Part shown: in pieces, positions 12,190-24,416 of the stretch
Position numbering within the stretch: position 1 is the stretch's first letter
Layout: every line of letters begins with the position of its first letter
Assembly (NCBI RefSeq): GCF_001194135.2
Contig: NC_068997.1
Span: 38,701,651-38,765,650 of the forward strand
Direction: 5' to 3'
Length of the DNA stretch: 64,000 nucleotides
From: Octopus bimaculoides
Lineage: Eukaryota
The notes under the pieces: model-generated
Seen by the model: the letters and a program-made list of their open reading frames with translations, nothing else
The model's database searches: none
What the model was told of the DNA's origin: nothing
Position numbers and translations under genes: made by a program

Positions 12190-13299
12190 ATTACTTGATC
12201 ATTTGCTCCATCCATCATGTTAATTTTTCCATATGTTTGGAAGCTCTAAATCGTGGTGATCAGTTTTCTCGAGAAATAAAGTGTTAGCAGACATATGCTT
12301 CCAGAAGAGTGCAGTTTCATCAACTTTGTATACTTCATCTGGTGTGTTTTCCCCTTCTCCACTTGCTTTCCTCATCTGCTCTGGATAATTAGTTGCAGCC
12401 TCTGTGTCAGCACTGGTAGCTTCACCAATCATTTTTATATTATGCAAATGCTTCTTAACCCTTTAGCATTTCAATTACTTTGTCAATTGTAATGCTTATT
12501 CATTCACATTGTTTTTCATTAATCATGCATTATCTTGTAGCTTGGTGATTTTGATGATGTGATTGTTTATTTTTTTAATGACATTGTAGGGCAGGTGTGA
12601 AAGACTAGATCTAGCCATCTTAAACATGAAACAGGTAGAATATTTTGGTCGGATATGTTCGGTTTAAATGCTAAAGGGTTAAACTATTCAAACCAGCTTT
12701 TACTAAGCAGACAAGTTCTTTTCATTAGAAGTTTCACTTTCCTTTTTCTGCAAATCAGCAATCAAACTTTTGACTGCTTTTTTTCTTGAATTGCCATCAT
12801 ACTTATTGGCACGTTATGTCAAGTATGATCCTTGATCCCTATACTCAAGAGCCATTCCATTTTAAGCATACCATTAGATTTTATGATTAAATAAGCTTTG
12901 AATAGTTAATGAAGTATCTTCTTGAGCACTTGGCTAATTTTTGTGTATTGTTCTCACTGTAGAAGTTGCAAGTTTTAATGTTTTGGTAATGTGGCTGATT
13001 GTTTTCTGCTGCATCAAATCTTTTTAAAACATCATCTTTAATATCTAATTTAATCTCTTTATGATTACTTTTCTCACTACTGGCTTCAGATCCACTTGAT
13101 GGCTTCTTTTGAAACATCATGATTTGTAGGTAAATCTGACAGCACCAGTGTTTTGTGAGAGCGAAAAAATGTGGAACTACTCTCATGGATGTAACAATAG
13201 AAATGAGATGAGGAAAAGATTAAGGAGTGCAGTGGGAGGAAGTACTGTATGATTACAGTTATGCAACCCCTTTCCACCTTGTACCTTTGACTTAAACTG
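12190..13299 (-). mobile_element. Tigger/pogo transposon remnant, split by a piggyBac MITE
   Basis: HTH KEIKLDIKDDVLKRF, CENP-B-like IQEK..WFE, HNIKMIGEATSADTEAA..VDETALFWKHM; 3' truncated. Confidence 0.82.
12459..12678. mobile_element. piggyBac-type MITE family A nested in Tigger
   Basis: TTAA at 12455-58 and 12679-82; TIR CCCTTTAGCATT/AATGCTAAAGGG. Confidence 0.9.
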
Positions 13300-13549
13300 T
13301 AAGAACTCTACCACAGGCACACACTTCTCTGCATTGACATACAACATATTTAGCTAATATTGATTCTGTTATTGTTGCTGCCAGCCTCTGTCACTACCAG
13401 TTATGTTACATTTGATTTACCTTTGTTGAGTAGCCATATATTTTCTGTACTGCAAGACACCTGTTTCTGTCTCTAGATTACACTCTTCCCTCTCATCACC
13501 TGGCACAATGCCACCTCACTCCTCAGTACTACTCACTGTTTAGTTGAGT

Positions 13550-13790
13550 GGGGTCTTGTCTTGCAAGTTACTTGGTGACTTTGCTGATTGTGATGTCACA
13601 AAAAGAAAAAAATCACACAGTACACAATGTAAAGTGGTTAGTGTTAGGAAGGGCATCTGGCCATAGAAACCATGGCAAGGCAGACAGTTAGGTTTGTACA
13701 ATCTTCTGGCCTGCTAGTTCCTGTCAAACCATCCAACCCATGCCAGTATGAGAGGTGGATGATAAATGCAAATGAGGATGATGATGATTA
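13550..13790 (+). mobile_element. RTE-tail non-autonomous element with upstream CT-rich body
   Basis: GGTTAGTGTTAGGAAGGGCATC...CCAACCCATGCCAGTATG...GATGATGAT. Confidence 0.7.
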
Positions 13791-13949
13791 GGACCAACTC
13801 AATAATTCTGTTAACAATTTTATAGACTTGTGATTTAATATTTGATATTTATTTGTATATTAATCAGTTCATTTCAAGTTAAAACTGGTGGAGCTAGGAA
13901 GAATATTTGTTTGTATTCTAAAAAAGAATAGAAAAAAATCAGCATTTAA

Positions 13950-14174
13950 CCCTTTTGATAGCAACCTGCCTCAGACTGCCCTCAAGTCCTATGATACAAA
14001 CCTTATGTTTTAAAGTGATTTAGATTAAAACCACCCTTCAGAACTTTTCATATTAATTTATATTCCAGATACCAGCTTAATAACAACAAACTTCTTTTAC
14101 TAAATTCTTCATGATTTTCAAAATTAGTTGAATCGGAGGCAGTTTATTTTAACAAAAATATAGTAACAAAAGGG
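13950..14174. mobile_element. piggyBac-type MITE family B
   Basis: TTAA flanks (13946-49, 14175-78); TIR CCCTTTTG(A/T)TA. Confidence 0.85.
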
Positions 14175-15403
14175 TTAAGGTTTTATCTATGTTCAGAATT
14201 TCAAGTAACTTGAGAGTTTATGCAGGTAGTAGCAATATCTACCTTCAGTTTTCATCTAGGCTGTATTGTTAAATTAGTAGAATGGCTTTGATTCAAAACA
14301 AGAATTGATAATCCAAAAACAATGTTCTTACACTCAAGCAAGATGCGTTTTCTTGGAATATAGAAGAATTAGATGGTCATTTTGGTTTACTGATATAGAA
14401 CTGGATGGTTGTGTTGTCAGCATAACAGTTATTGTTAGCCATACACCATCTTCCATTGAGCATGCCTGTGACCAAATATATTCCAAACATGACCATTATG
14501 TCTGTCTTATTTTGGCAAGTATATTGTTGTTTTTAAGATTACATTACTTGTCTTCTTTTTTTTTTTAATATTGTAGAGTTTGTTATATGAAAGGTTTGTT
14601 GGGTTTAGCTGATATTTTTAGCAAATTTGAATAACTATGTTGGCTTAGGTTAATACTTTCTAATTGATTTGACATAATAGTGTATAGAGCTGGTGTTATC
14701 TAACATGTTCATTGAACAGCAAGGAGTTGGGTAGTTTGTTTGACCAAATGATATGAGACCGTAAAAGCTATGTGCATTATTAGTGGACCTTGAGCAGCAG
14801 TCAGTATCTTGTGTACCACATTTTATAGTTTTCCAAACAATATAGTAGGTTGATAATAGATCCGACTTTCTGAAATCCATGCTACTGAGTGGGGAAGAGT
14901 AAGATAAGTTCAGTGTTAATTATTGTCTTCAAATTCATAATCAGTAGAATGTCTGACTTAATTTTTACTCCTAAGTAGAATCACTTTGCAGACAACTTTC
15001 TGAAAAGTATGAATGTTACCTATTTTTTTTTTACATAAATGCGTATGTTTACTTGCCAGTAGGAACATGAGAAAGGGAAAATTTAATTAAGAAAATGCTA
15101 GATACTTCAGGGGCATACTGTTTGAAGTTAATGACTGATATGAGCTTTTAAGTTAGTATTTATAATTGATTATTTGGGAATCTGTAGATTTGTTGGGTTT
15201 AGGAAATAGTAAATTTGTAAGACTTAGCACCTAAAAAAGTTGATAATTAGTCGTCTGCGTCCACTTAACCCTTCATCAGAAGATTTGGTGGGAAATGTAA
15301 CTTTTAGAGCTTGAAGGAATACTCAGTTATTCTGAATAAGAATTTTTAATAGTTATTTTATTGCTTTTCATGAATTTCATATTATTGATTTTTCTTGTTT
15401 TAG

Positions 15404-15597
15404 TTTTCTTCATGCTCGACTACGTACAGCTACTTTGCGATCTGATTTTGAAGGCCAAGCAGTGTTGTTGAACCTTTTACTGAGAAATTATTTGCATTAT
15501 AACTTGATAGAGCAAGCTGATAAACTTGTATCAAAATCTGCATTTCCTGATGGAGCTGCTTCAAATAATGAACTGGCTCGATTCCTCTATTATTTAG
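15404..15597 (+). CDS. PSMD3: PSMD3 coding exon
   Basis: TTTTAG acceptor, GTGAGT donor. 194 nt, phase 2/1, (T)[64 protein letters not shown]. Confidence 0.97.
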
Positions 15598-15660
15598 GTG
15601 AGTAGATGAAATCATTTATATCATGCTTTTTTATTATTATTATTATTATTATTGTTCGTA

Positions 15661-15860
15661 GGTGGTAAGCTGGCAGAATCGTTAGCATGTCAGGCAAAAT
15701 GCTTTGTGGCATTTTGTCCATTGTTATGTTCTGAGTTCAAATTCCAATGCGGTCAACTTTGTCTTTCATACTTCAGGATCGATAAAATAAGTACCAGTTG
15801 AACACTGGTGTCTATGTAGTTCCCCCATATCTGCTGGTCTTGTGCCAAAATTTGAAACCA
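15661..15860 (+). mobile_element. SINE family 2, near full length
   Basis: GGTAAGCTGGCAGAATCGTTAGCATG...GAGTTCAAATTCC (box-B-like)...GATAAAATAAGTACCAGTTG; reverse copies near 32000 and 59510. Confidence 0.75.
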
Positions 15861-16600
15861 TTATTATTATCATCATCATCATCATTACTACTGTTCTTAC
15901 TATTATTGATGTTAAACTGTTCTAAATAGATCTCTATTGTTTATAGATATTAATAGTTTTATAGATATTAATAGGTATTTCAAAATAGTTTAATGTCTCA
16001 CATTTTTGTGATCAAATCTCACCTGGTTTAACTTTGCCATTTGTTCTTGTGGGCAGAAAATAAGTACCATTGATGTACAAGAGTTACATCAATGTATTAT
16101 TCCTGTCCTAATAAAGAAGGATATTGTACCAAGAAGTGATACCAATTAATCAAAGACTGTATATTTACCATTCCAGGACCTCCTATACTGGCGAAGCCTA
16201 TCTTTTATTCACCTTTGTTTCTTAAAATACCAACAGTGTATTGAAGTCATATTAAACAATCTTACAAAGTTCTGTTTCTAAGACAAAAAAAGAAAAAAGC
16301 TGTTGTATTTCTGTACTTTAAATACTGCAAAGTTTTAGGTTTTGTTTTCATATCAGTATGGAGTAGCAAAAGAAAATGAATACCAGCAATATATTCAGGT
16401 TAATTCACTTGATTTTCTATTGTTAATTGTAGACACTCGTACATATTAGAAACCATCATTAATAACTATATACAATGACTGAGTGGATAATATAGACTTC
16501 TTGGTCCTGGATTATGAATCTGTATTCTGTTTCTGGTAATGTGTTGGATCCTTTATCTATACATTTAAATTTAATTACCTATTCCTTCATTTTTATTTAA

Positions 16601-16732
16601 CTCTCTGAGTGGTTGGCGTTAGGAAGGGCATCCAGCCGTAGAAACTCTGCCAAATCAGATTGGAGTCCTCAGTCAAATCGTCCAAGCCATGCTAGCGTAG
16701 AAAACGGACGTTAAACGACGATGATGATGATG
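16601..16732 (+). mobile_element. young RTE-tail element with ~27-bp internal deletion
   Basis: Near-identical to the reverse complement of 58196-58354 except for the deletion; (GAT)n tail. Confidence 0.85.
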
Positions 16733-17353
16733 TGTTACAAAATAACAAATTTGTAGAGGCAAGGTATAATCAGTTAAATAAACTGTAGTACATACGTGGT
16801 TTTTACTAACCATTATTGGATTTGAAGGCAATTCCTCAGAACCTGTGGAATTTGAACAGAGTAATGAAACTAAATACTGATTTTTTTTTTGTCCAGTCCC
16901 ATATATTTGGTAGGGAGCTATTCAGTAAGCATTTGTTGAATTCTGTTACCCTGTTTCAAATGTCTAAATTCTTTGCTTTCTTTCAAAAGATGTTTTTATT
17001 GGAATCATTGTTTGGAGAAAATTGTTGAATCTTGTTTCTTTAATCTATAGTTATTGATATAATTATAGCATCAATTTTGAATAGAAAATTTTAGTTTATA
17101 TGAAATAACTTTGAGACTAAACAGAATGCAGTGTACTATGAGTTTACTGTCTTGTTCCTAACCAGTTCTTACCCTCTTCCTGTGTATATTCTGCAGGTTT
17201 TGTTTATACATTTGACGTTTCCAGTTACATTAGTATATCATTCTTAATTCCCTCATAGTAAAATTACATTGTTATAAAAATTCAATTAAAAATAGATTAT
17301 TGCCTAATTACAATAAGCATTTGTTTTTATATTGATGTTATGACTTTTTTTAG

Positions 17354-17457
17354 GACGTATCAAAGCAGCCCAACTAGAATACACTGATGCTCACAAAAAA
17401 CTGAATCAAGCAATTAGGAAAGCCCCTCAACATACTGCTGTAGGCTTCAAACAGACG
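17354..17457 (+). CDS. PSMD3: PSMD3 coding exon
   Basis: TTTTTTTAG acceptor, GTAAGA donor. 104 nt, phase 1/0, (G)[34 protein letters not shown]. Confidence 0.97.
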
Positions 17458-17555
17458 GTAAGAATAATTTTTAGTTGTTTCACTTGAAAATCGAGTTTGC
17501 TATATTTGCTTTTATATCTGTTAGTAATTGGTTGATATTGCGTGTGTTTTTATAG

Positions 17556-17670
17556 GTACACAAGCTTGCAATAACCGTTGAGTTGTTGCTTGGTAATATT
17601 CCTGACAGATCTGTCTTCCGTCAGCCTTGTTACAGGAAAACTTTGGCCCCGTATTTTCAATTAACACAAG
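17556..17670 (+). CDS. PSMD3: PSMD3 coding exon (PCI domain)
   Basis: Follows a 98-nt intron; TTTATAG acceptor, GTATAT donor. 115 nt, [38 protein letters not shown] plus 1 nt. Confidence 0.96.
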
Positions 17671-18961
17671 GTATATAAAACAATTACTATTTACATTGTT
17701 TTATTGTATTTCTCTAATGAAAATAACAATGAATGTTTTATCTTTTTAAATTTATATTTTCATAACTATTTCTTGATGCTAATGTGTGTTTTGTAGCTTT
17801 ATAAGCCGGAACTTGATTTGCTTTTCTAGAACCAAGAGTTTTTTTTATGGTTACAACATAATGTTGATGGTTGGATTTCAGTCTGAATCCCTGTTAATTT
17901 CTCAACCATTGTTCAAATTGAACTACAAAGCCCCATTTTCTTTTCAAAGAGTTTCACTGAGCATTTATTTTTCACAGTTATTGACATATTATTATCCAAA
18001 TCACTATTGTTTTAGCTTAAGTTTATTTCATGCTACCATTAGTTGCACAGTCATTTCCCTTGTGTTGTTCTTAGATCTAAACTCCTGATTTCTTTGCTCT
18101 CAACTCAGTAAAAATTTAAAAAATTGGCTTAGTGTTTTGTGTAGAGAATATCTCATATTTTGGAAAAACCTCTTAAATCTTGAAGATATAATCTATGAAC
18201 AGACATTGATATAGAGTGACAGAAAAGGAGTGAAGGTATAGAAAAAACAAGACAAAGAGATAGAAAAATAATGATCTGAATGGTAGGATGTGAATTGTGA
18301 CTTGGCAGAAGCAGAAATTGGTAGCATTCTTCAGCTTTCAGAATGTTTTTTATCAAATATGCTCCATCTCTTTGCATTACATATCCTAACTGCTATACAG
18401 TGTTTACGTGTCATCTGAAAATAAGTATAATTTAAATGTAAGTAATGTTAGTGTGTCTTTTGGTAAACTTACAAAAGGTAGATGTGTCTTTTGAAGAGGA
18501 ACTATAAGGGTGAAATCGAGTCTACTGTAACTCTGTTTACAATCCATGCGAATGTGCTTGAGGGAAATATATTTGTCTCAGCATTGAGTCAACTCATGAG
18601 GTGTGTTCATATTAGCTTTAGAACATGTTTGAATGAAAGCTTGTTGTTCATTTATATCATTTTATTGTGTATTCTATTTCTTTCCAGTGCATTGTTTCAT
18701 TGTGATAATAATTCATTGTGATAATAACACAGATTTGAGGAGTGGATCCTATTTTGTAAATATTTAGTATTGATGTTTGATGTGTTGCATCAAAGGAATA
18801 GCAGTGATATAAACAATTGAACTTTTATAAATGTTGAGAGTAATTCATTAAGCTTGGGAATTATGTAAATAACCACATGAAAACATGGCTTAGTTGTATT
18901 GAAGCTATTCCCACTTGCAACATCCATTATTTGAAACTGTTCTTTATCAATGTTACATGCT

Positions 18962-19900
18962 GTCATTATCTTCTTCATTTTTACACCTGTTTTTCTATGC
19001 TTGCATTGGTTGGAAGGGTCTCCCTCAGCACAGTGTTTCACAACTTGCTGTGCTCCCTTATCATCTCCTTTGCAAGGTTCACCACCCTGAGGTTAGCCCT
19101 CACCTCTTCTTGCTCAGTTATTCCCTTGGATAACTGGCACTTCTTTACCCATCTCTTATCCTCCATACACATCACAGCTTTGTATCAGTTCAGTTTCATC
19201 TTTTACTTGCTACAGCTGATTCCTCTTATACTCGTTATATCTCTCCTCTCATTTGTGCTCGGTTGTTTGTCCACACTTACATTACACATTCATTGAGGTA
19301 TGCTTGCCATGTTTCTTTGCAGTTTACACATATCCCTGCATTCAGTACCTATGTGTCGTTACATTGCAATATCACACTTTGTGCACAAGCCTTAAATACT
19401 TTGTTGTCAGCAGAGAAAATAACTCCTTAAGCATTTCTCCATTCCGTTTTTATCCTTTCCACTATGCTTCACTGCTAATCATGTTTTCTAGGTAACTAAA
19501 CCTATTGGCTGCTTCTAGAGAGCCTTGCTCCTATGCTGCTTCCACATACAAAGTTTTCCTTCCCAGTCAGCCTGCCTATGATCTCATTGTACTTGTGCAT
19601 CTTAACTTTACATTGGGATGTGTTGTATGGAGTTTTTACCTAATCCTTTTCTTCATATTAAGTTTGGTCACATCCCAAATAGTAGTAGAGTCCTGTCTTC
19701 TTTTTTGCCATAGGCCTCTGGATTTTAAGCTTTGCTTCCATGTTTGGAATTTCCTTTCTAAATTTTTGGCATACAAGAGTTTCCATGGTTAGTCTGTATT
19801 AAAATCTTTTAATGACCTGGAGAGCTATAATAAATAGAAGGGGTTGAGAACCAAGTGCTGATGGATATCTGCCTGAATACAAATTCTTCACTGAACACAT
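18962..19900 (-). mobile_element. RTE LINE 3' portion including its terminal tail
   Basis: Minus strand PWKLLYAKNLERKFQTWKQSLKSRG and MEDKRWVKKC; tail CCAACCAATGCAAGCATAGAAAAACAGGTGTAAAAATGAAGAAGAT. Confidence 0.75.
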
Positions 19901-20429
19901 TGGGTTTGTATTTGAATAAATTATTGACTGGATTGTGTAAGAATATGTACCAAGTTGAAATCTACTGTCTAAAAGTATTTCATCAATGATTATTGCCTTA
20001 CGTTGATATCATTAAGCTTTTACTACCAGTCAAGTATCTGCTAGTGAATTTAGTTGAGAACAACTGATCTCGAAGATGGTTGCCTGAAATTTCTATTTCT
20101 ATATTTGTTTAGACATTTTACCATTTTGGAAGAGAGAAAAGATCTTATGATAAAAAAGCTTTGAATGTTTTACTGTCAGGCTTGGAGTAGTACTGTAGAA
20201 ACATCCATAAAAACCTAAGAGACAAACCAGGAAAGATTGAAAGAAAGCGCAGGCAACAGAGTGCAATAGGAAGGAGCTAGAAGAGAAAATGGGCATCAAA
20301 TATACTTAGCTAGGGGAGAAGCAGAATATAAGAAACAAACACATGTTCTGTGATGTCAGGATCAAAGAGGCATGAGGTGTTTCTGGTTTGCAAAGTACTC
20401 GACTCTGTACTGGCATGGGAGATGGATGT

Positions 20430-22175
20430 TAAAAGATAATGTTCTTGAGAAAGCCAGGATGTCATGGGAGAGAAGTGTATTGAGGGTAAAGTAGTACCTG
20501 CACTCTTACTGATACTGGAAAGAAAACTGCAGAGAAGTGCCATTATGAAAGATTCTTGAATGAGGGCAGTGCATAGGTGAGAAACTGTCTACTCTAAGTA
20601 GACTAACAGAAAGATCAATCACCCAAGTCAAGTTGATAGTAGCATTGTAGATTGAGTGATTAAGAATATGAAGCCAGGAAATGTAAGGTCCATCAGGTAT
20701 AGTCACTACAATGCTGAATATCTAGCAAAGTAGGCCATTCACTAGTTGTGTGCACAATCAATCAGGTGATACAGGAAGGTTTTATACTCACTGATTGGTG
20801 CAGCAATATCATCAAACGCTGTTATACTAGAGATGCATGTGGGGGAAAAAACTGCAGAGGCATCAAACTGATGGACCAGGTTATGAAAGTTACTAAAGTA
20901 TTAGAGTACAGCTGAATAGAAAGAATTAACCTCGATGAGATGCAGTTCAGTTTCATGCTGGGAAGAGTTACTATTGGTGCCATTTTTTTTCTATTTAGAT
21001 AACTGCAGAAGTACTTAGCTAGGAGTAATCTGCTTTATGTAGTATTCTTCAGCCTAGAAGAGGTCTTTGACAGTGTTCTATGCTTGCTAATGTTGCAGCT
21101 GCTATGGGATCCATGGAGCAGATGATTATTCTGTGAGGGCCATACAAACCATGTACAGAGATGCAGTTAACAAGGTGAAAGTAAGCAGTGATGTATTTAG
21201 TGTATCAATAATGAGTGTGCACCAAGGTTCAGTACTCAGCCATCTGTTTTTGTTGTATTCCTATAGGCAATAACAGAATTTTTAGCTGTCTTTCTTTCAA
21301 AATTCCTATATGCCAATAACCTAGTTCTTATTACCTGAATCTGTAGCTGAGTTAGAGAAGAAATTCTAGATTTGGTCTCAAAGGAAAGTTAGCTACTAAA
21401 GTTTTACAGAGACAGATAGAAGTGAGAACTATGATACCATTGGAGAAAAGTTTAGGCTCGAAATAGGCAGAAATTCTGTATAGCAAACTTATAGATGTTG
21501 TGAGATGACAGGTAAGCTAACTGAGAAGATAGATATTGTGTAGCTACTGCATAGGAGTGGTAGGAAATGAAATAGATTCTTTCCAGTGTTTGGAAGGCAC
21601 ACTAGATGTCGTTAATAGCTTTTGTTAGTTGGTGGTGAATTAAAATGAATGTTCTGAAAACATAAGCCATTGTAAGAATGGTGTAGAAAAAGTTTAGAGA
21701 ACTATTACCTCTGCTAGTATAATTGGCACATCCTTCCTTGGAGTAAAGAGTAGATTGTATGGTACTGCTGAATGGCAGTGAGATGTGGGCCTTGAATGCA
21801 AAGGAAGCGAACATACTGTGCTTGAATGTTTGATATTAGTCTGCATGAACAGTAAAGAGGCTGAGAGAAAAACTGGATGCAAGGTAAATCAGACATAGTT
21901 TGCAAGAGAGAAAACTGCGTTGGTATGGACAAATGATGCATGTGGAAGATGATAGCCATATCAAGAAGTGCAGGACATTCAGAATAGATGGAATTTGAGG
22001 AAGAGAGAGACACAAGAAGACATGGGATGAAGTAAAAACTGATTTCAGGAGGCTGTCCTTCATGAAGGAGATGACAGTGGAGTGCGGTGACTGGCAGTGC
22101 TGGAGAAAACTGATTTACATGTGGATGCATAGAGAAATGAACATTAGAAGGATGGTATTGATGGCGGTTCAAAAG
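20430..22175 (+). mobile_element. RTE LINE remnant (RT and C-terminus)
   Basis: DEMQFSFMLGRVTIGAIF (~20934), VHQGSVLS (~21218), FLYANNLVL (~21303), LRWYGQMMHVEDD (~21915); heavily decayed; 5' end approximate. Confidence 0.85.
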
Positions 22176-23282
22176 TATGATATTTGTATTTCTGTCTCTT
22201 GCCCATCAGTATGTCCTTATTGAGTCTTCATCTATTGTTACTCTTCTCTTTTCTATGATGCTTTCTCATCTTTCTATCACTGGCATTTCTATCACCTACT
22301 CCTTTCTCCACTTATCCACTTCCTTATTCACTCTACCATACTGTTCATATAACTATGGTTGGCAGTAGATCTTATTTATGGCCACCTGTCCATATTCTGC
22401 CAAATAACTATTGTTACTGTGCTACCTCCCTTTCCCAACATGATATTTATGTGTGTGAGATTGCTGTGAATCTGCTTACATCCAATACAACAAACTATCA
22501 CACTCTTCTCTGCTATCAACCATAAACTGCTCACTCTTTTCCCAGGACACTTGCTGTTAACATCAATTGTTCACTCCTCATTGTCCCCCCCCATCTCTGT
22601 TACTCACCAGTGATTTCTCCCCATCCACCAACTAACACTGTCACTCTCTCTCTGCTATCACTGTCCCACTCTTCCTTTATTCCATCCACCATTCTGTCAC
22701 CTCTATTACACTTACCTTTACTACCCATTCATATCAATCACTTTTTTTTCCCCTATCATACTCTTACTCCCTTCTCCCATTCACCCTGGTTCATTCTTTT
22801 TTCCCTTTATCACATTGTCTTGAACCAGTAGTATAGCAAATACTGTTTAGTCTGACAGGGCACTAGGCAACCCACGATAAAATGAACCCAATATACTGTG
22901 TTCATAATGATTGGCATATGAGTGGAGACAACATAGGATCAAGAAGAAACTCTTTAGTTCTGCTGTGGACATGACAGTCTCTCTAGGGCTGGTGCCACAA
23001 GAAAATTCACTTAGTTCATTCTGCAATGTGGTTGATGTTAGGAAGAGTGTCCAATCAAGAGAAACCATGCCAGTAATTGTATGTATCAGTGAGATGTAGT
23101 CCTCTAACCTTTCTGCATGTGCAGTTTGCTTTGAATAAGAACTGATCCACACTGACCACCTCTACAATGCATACCAGCATGGAAAGTGGTTGTAAAGATA
23201 TGATGATGTATAATTGGTTAAATTATTTGATTGTTTATTGACTGTTAGTATTTTTTTTTTCACTTTTTATTGTCTTTTTCAG

Positions 23283-23506
23283 CTGTAAAGAAAGGTAGTT
23301 TAGAAATGTTTAACGAAGTATTGGAGAAATTTGGTAGTAAATTTCAAGCTGAAAACACATATACATTGATTATCAGACTGCGGCACAATGTTATTAAAAC
23401 TGGTGTACGTATGATTAATGTATCTTACTCCAGAATATCATTGAAAGACATTGCTCAAAAGTTACTACTGGATACCTATGAGGATGCAGAATACATTGTA
23501 GCAAAG
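23283..23506 (+). CDS. PSMD3: PSMD3 coding exon (PCI winged-helix region); last exon found
   Basis: TTTTTCAG acceptor, GTAAGT donor. 224 nt, phase 1/0, (A)[74 protein letters not shown]. Confidence 0.97.
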
Positions 23507-23981
23507 GTAAGTGTTGTTTGTTATGCTTGACTGTATCTTGTTATTGAAGACATGATAAAAATGCTTTTAATTGTATGAGTACAGTTAGGAAATTGAAATG
23601 TAGAAACATTTCATTAAGAATCATTTGAAAAAATTTCACAAAGGAGTTGCCAAGAGAGTTCTAGTGAACAAGGAAAGCATCACATTTTGATATGTGGTCA
23701 GTTAGTTAGCTTTATATAAAAAATACTAAAAAAAATTACTTTAATGAATGCCTAACTATATTGCTTTTGCCAAGAGTGTTTATTGCCTTGTAAAATAACC
23801 AAATAAAATAATTAAGCAAGTTATTCAGAAATATATGCAGCACAATTACTAAAAGACCCAAAATGACATTTACAAGTGTTTCAGTGTTGGCTAACATCCT
23901 CTCTTTAGTGTTTTACATAAAAGAAAAAAAAACAGTATCTCTGAAAAATGACCTGAAAATAATTTTTTGATTATTTAAAAT

Positions 23982-24262
23982 CATCATCATCATCATCACC
24001 ATCATCAACATTTAATGTACGTTTTCCATGTTGGCATGAGTAGGATGGCTTGACAGGAACTAGCAAGGCCAGGTGCTGCACCAGGTTCCCTAATCTGTTT
24101 TGGCTCCGTATCTGTGGCTGGATGCCCCTCCTAATGCCAACCACTCTACAGAGTGTACTGTGTGCTTTTTACATGGCACCATCACCAGTGCTTTTTAATT
24201 GGCATCAGCATCCACGGTACCTTGGTTTTAGGATCTCAATTCTGTTGTGGGTGGGTCTTGAG
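23982..24262 (-). mobile_element. RTE-tail element
   Basis: (CAT)n + TTTAATGTACGTTTTCCATG...GCTGGATGCCCCTCCTAATGCCAACCAC. Confidence 0.8.
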
Positions 24263-24267
24263 TATAT

Positions 24268-24416
24268 CATCATCATCATCATCATCGTTTAACGTCCGCT
24301 TTCCATGCTAGCATGGGTTGGACGATTTGACTGAGGACTGGTGCAACCGGATGGCTACACCAGGCTCCAATCTAATTTGGCAGAGTTTCTACAGCTGGAT
24401 GCCCTTCCTAACGCCA
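24268..24416 (-). mobile_element. young RTE-tail element
   Basis: (CAT)nCGTTTAACGTCCGCTTTCCATGCTAGCATGG...; 5 differences from the copy at 58196 over the shared span. Confidence 0.9.

Noticed and set aside
23283-23300. AAG (K) in AVK and AAT (N) in GNIP as restorative A-to-I recoding sites
   Set aside because: As I recall, K and N occur at these positions in other eukaryotes, and DNA alone gives no editing evidence.
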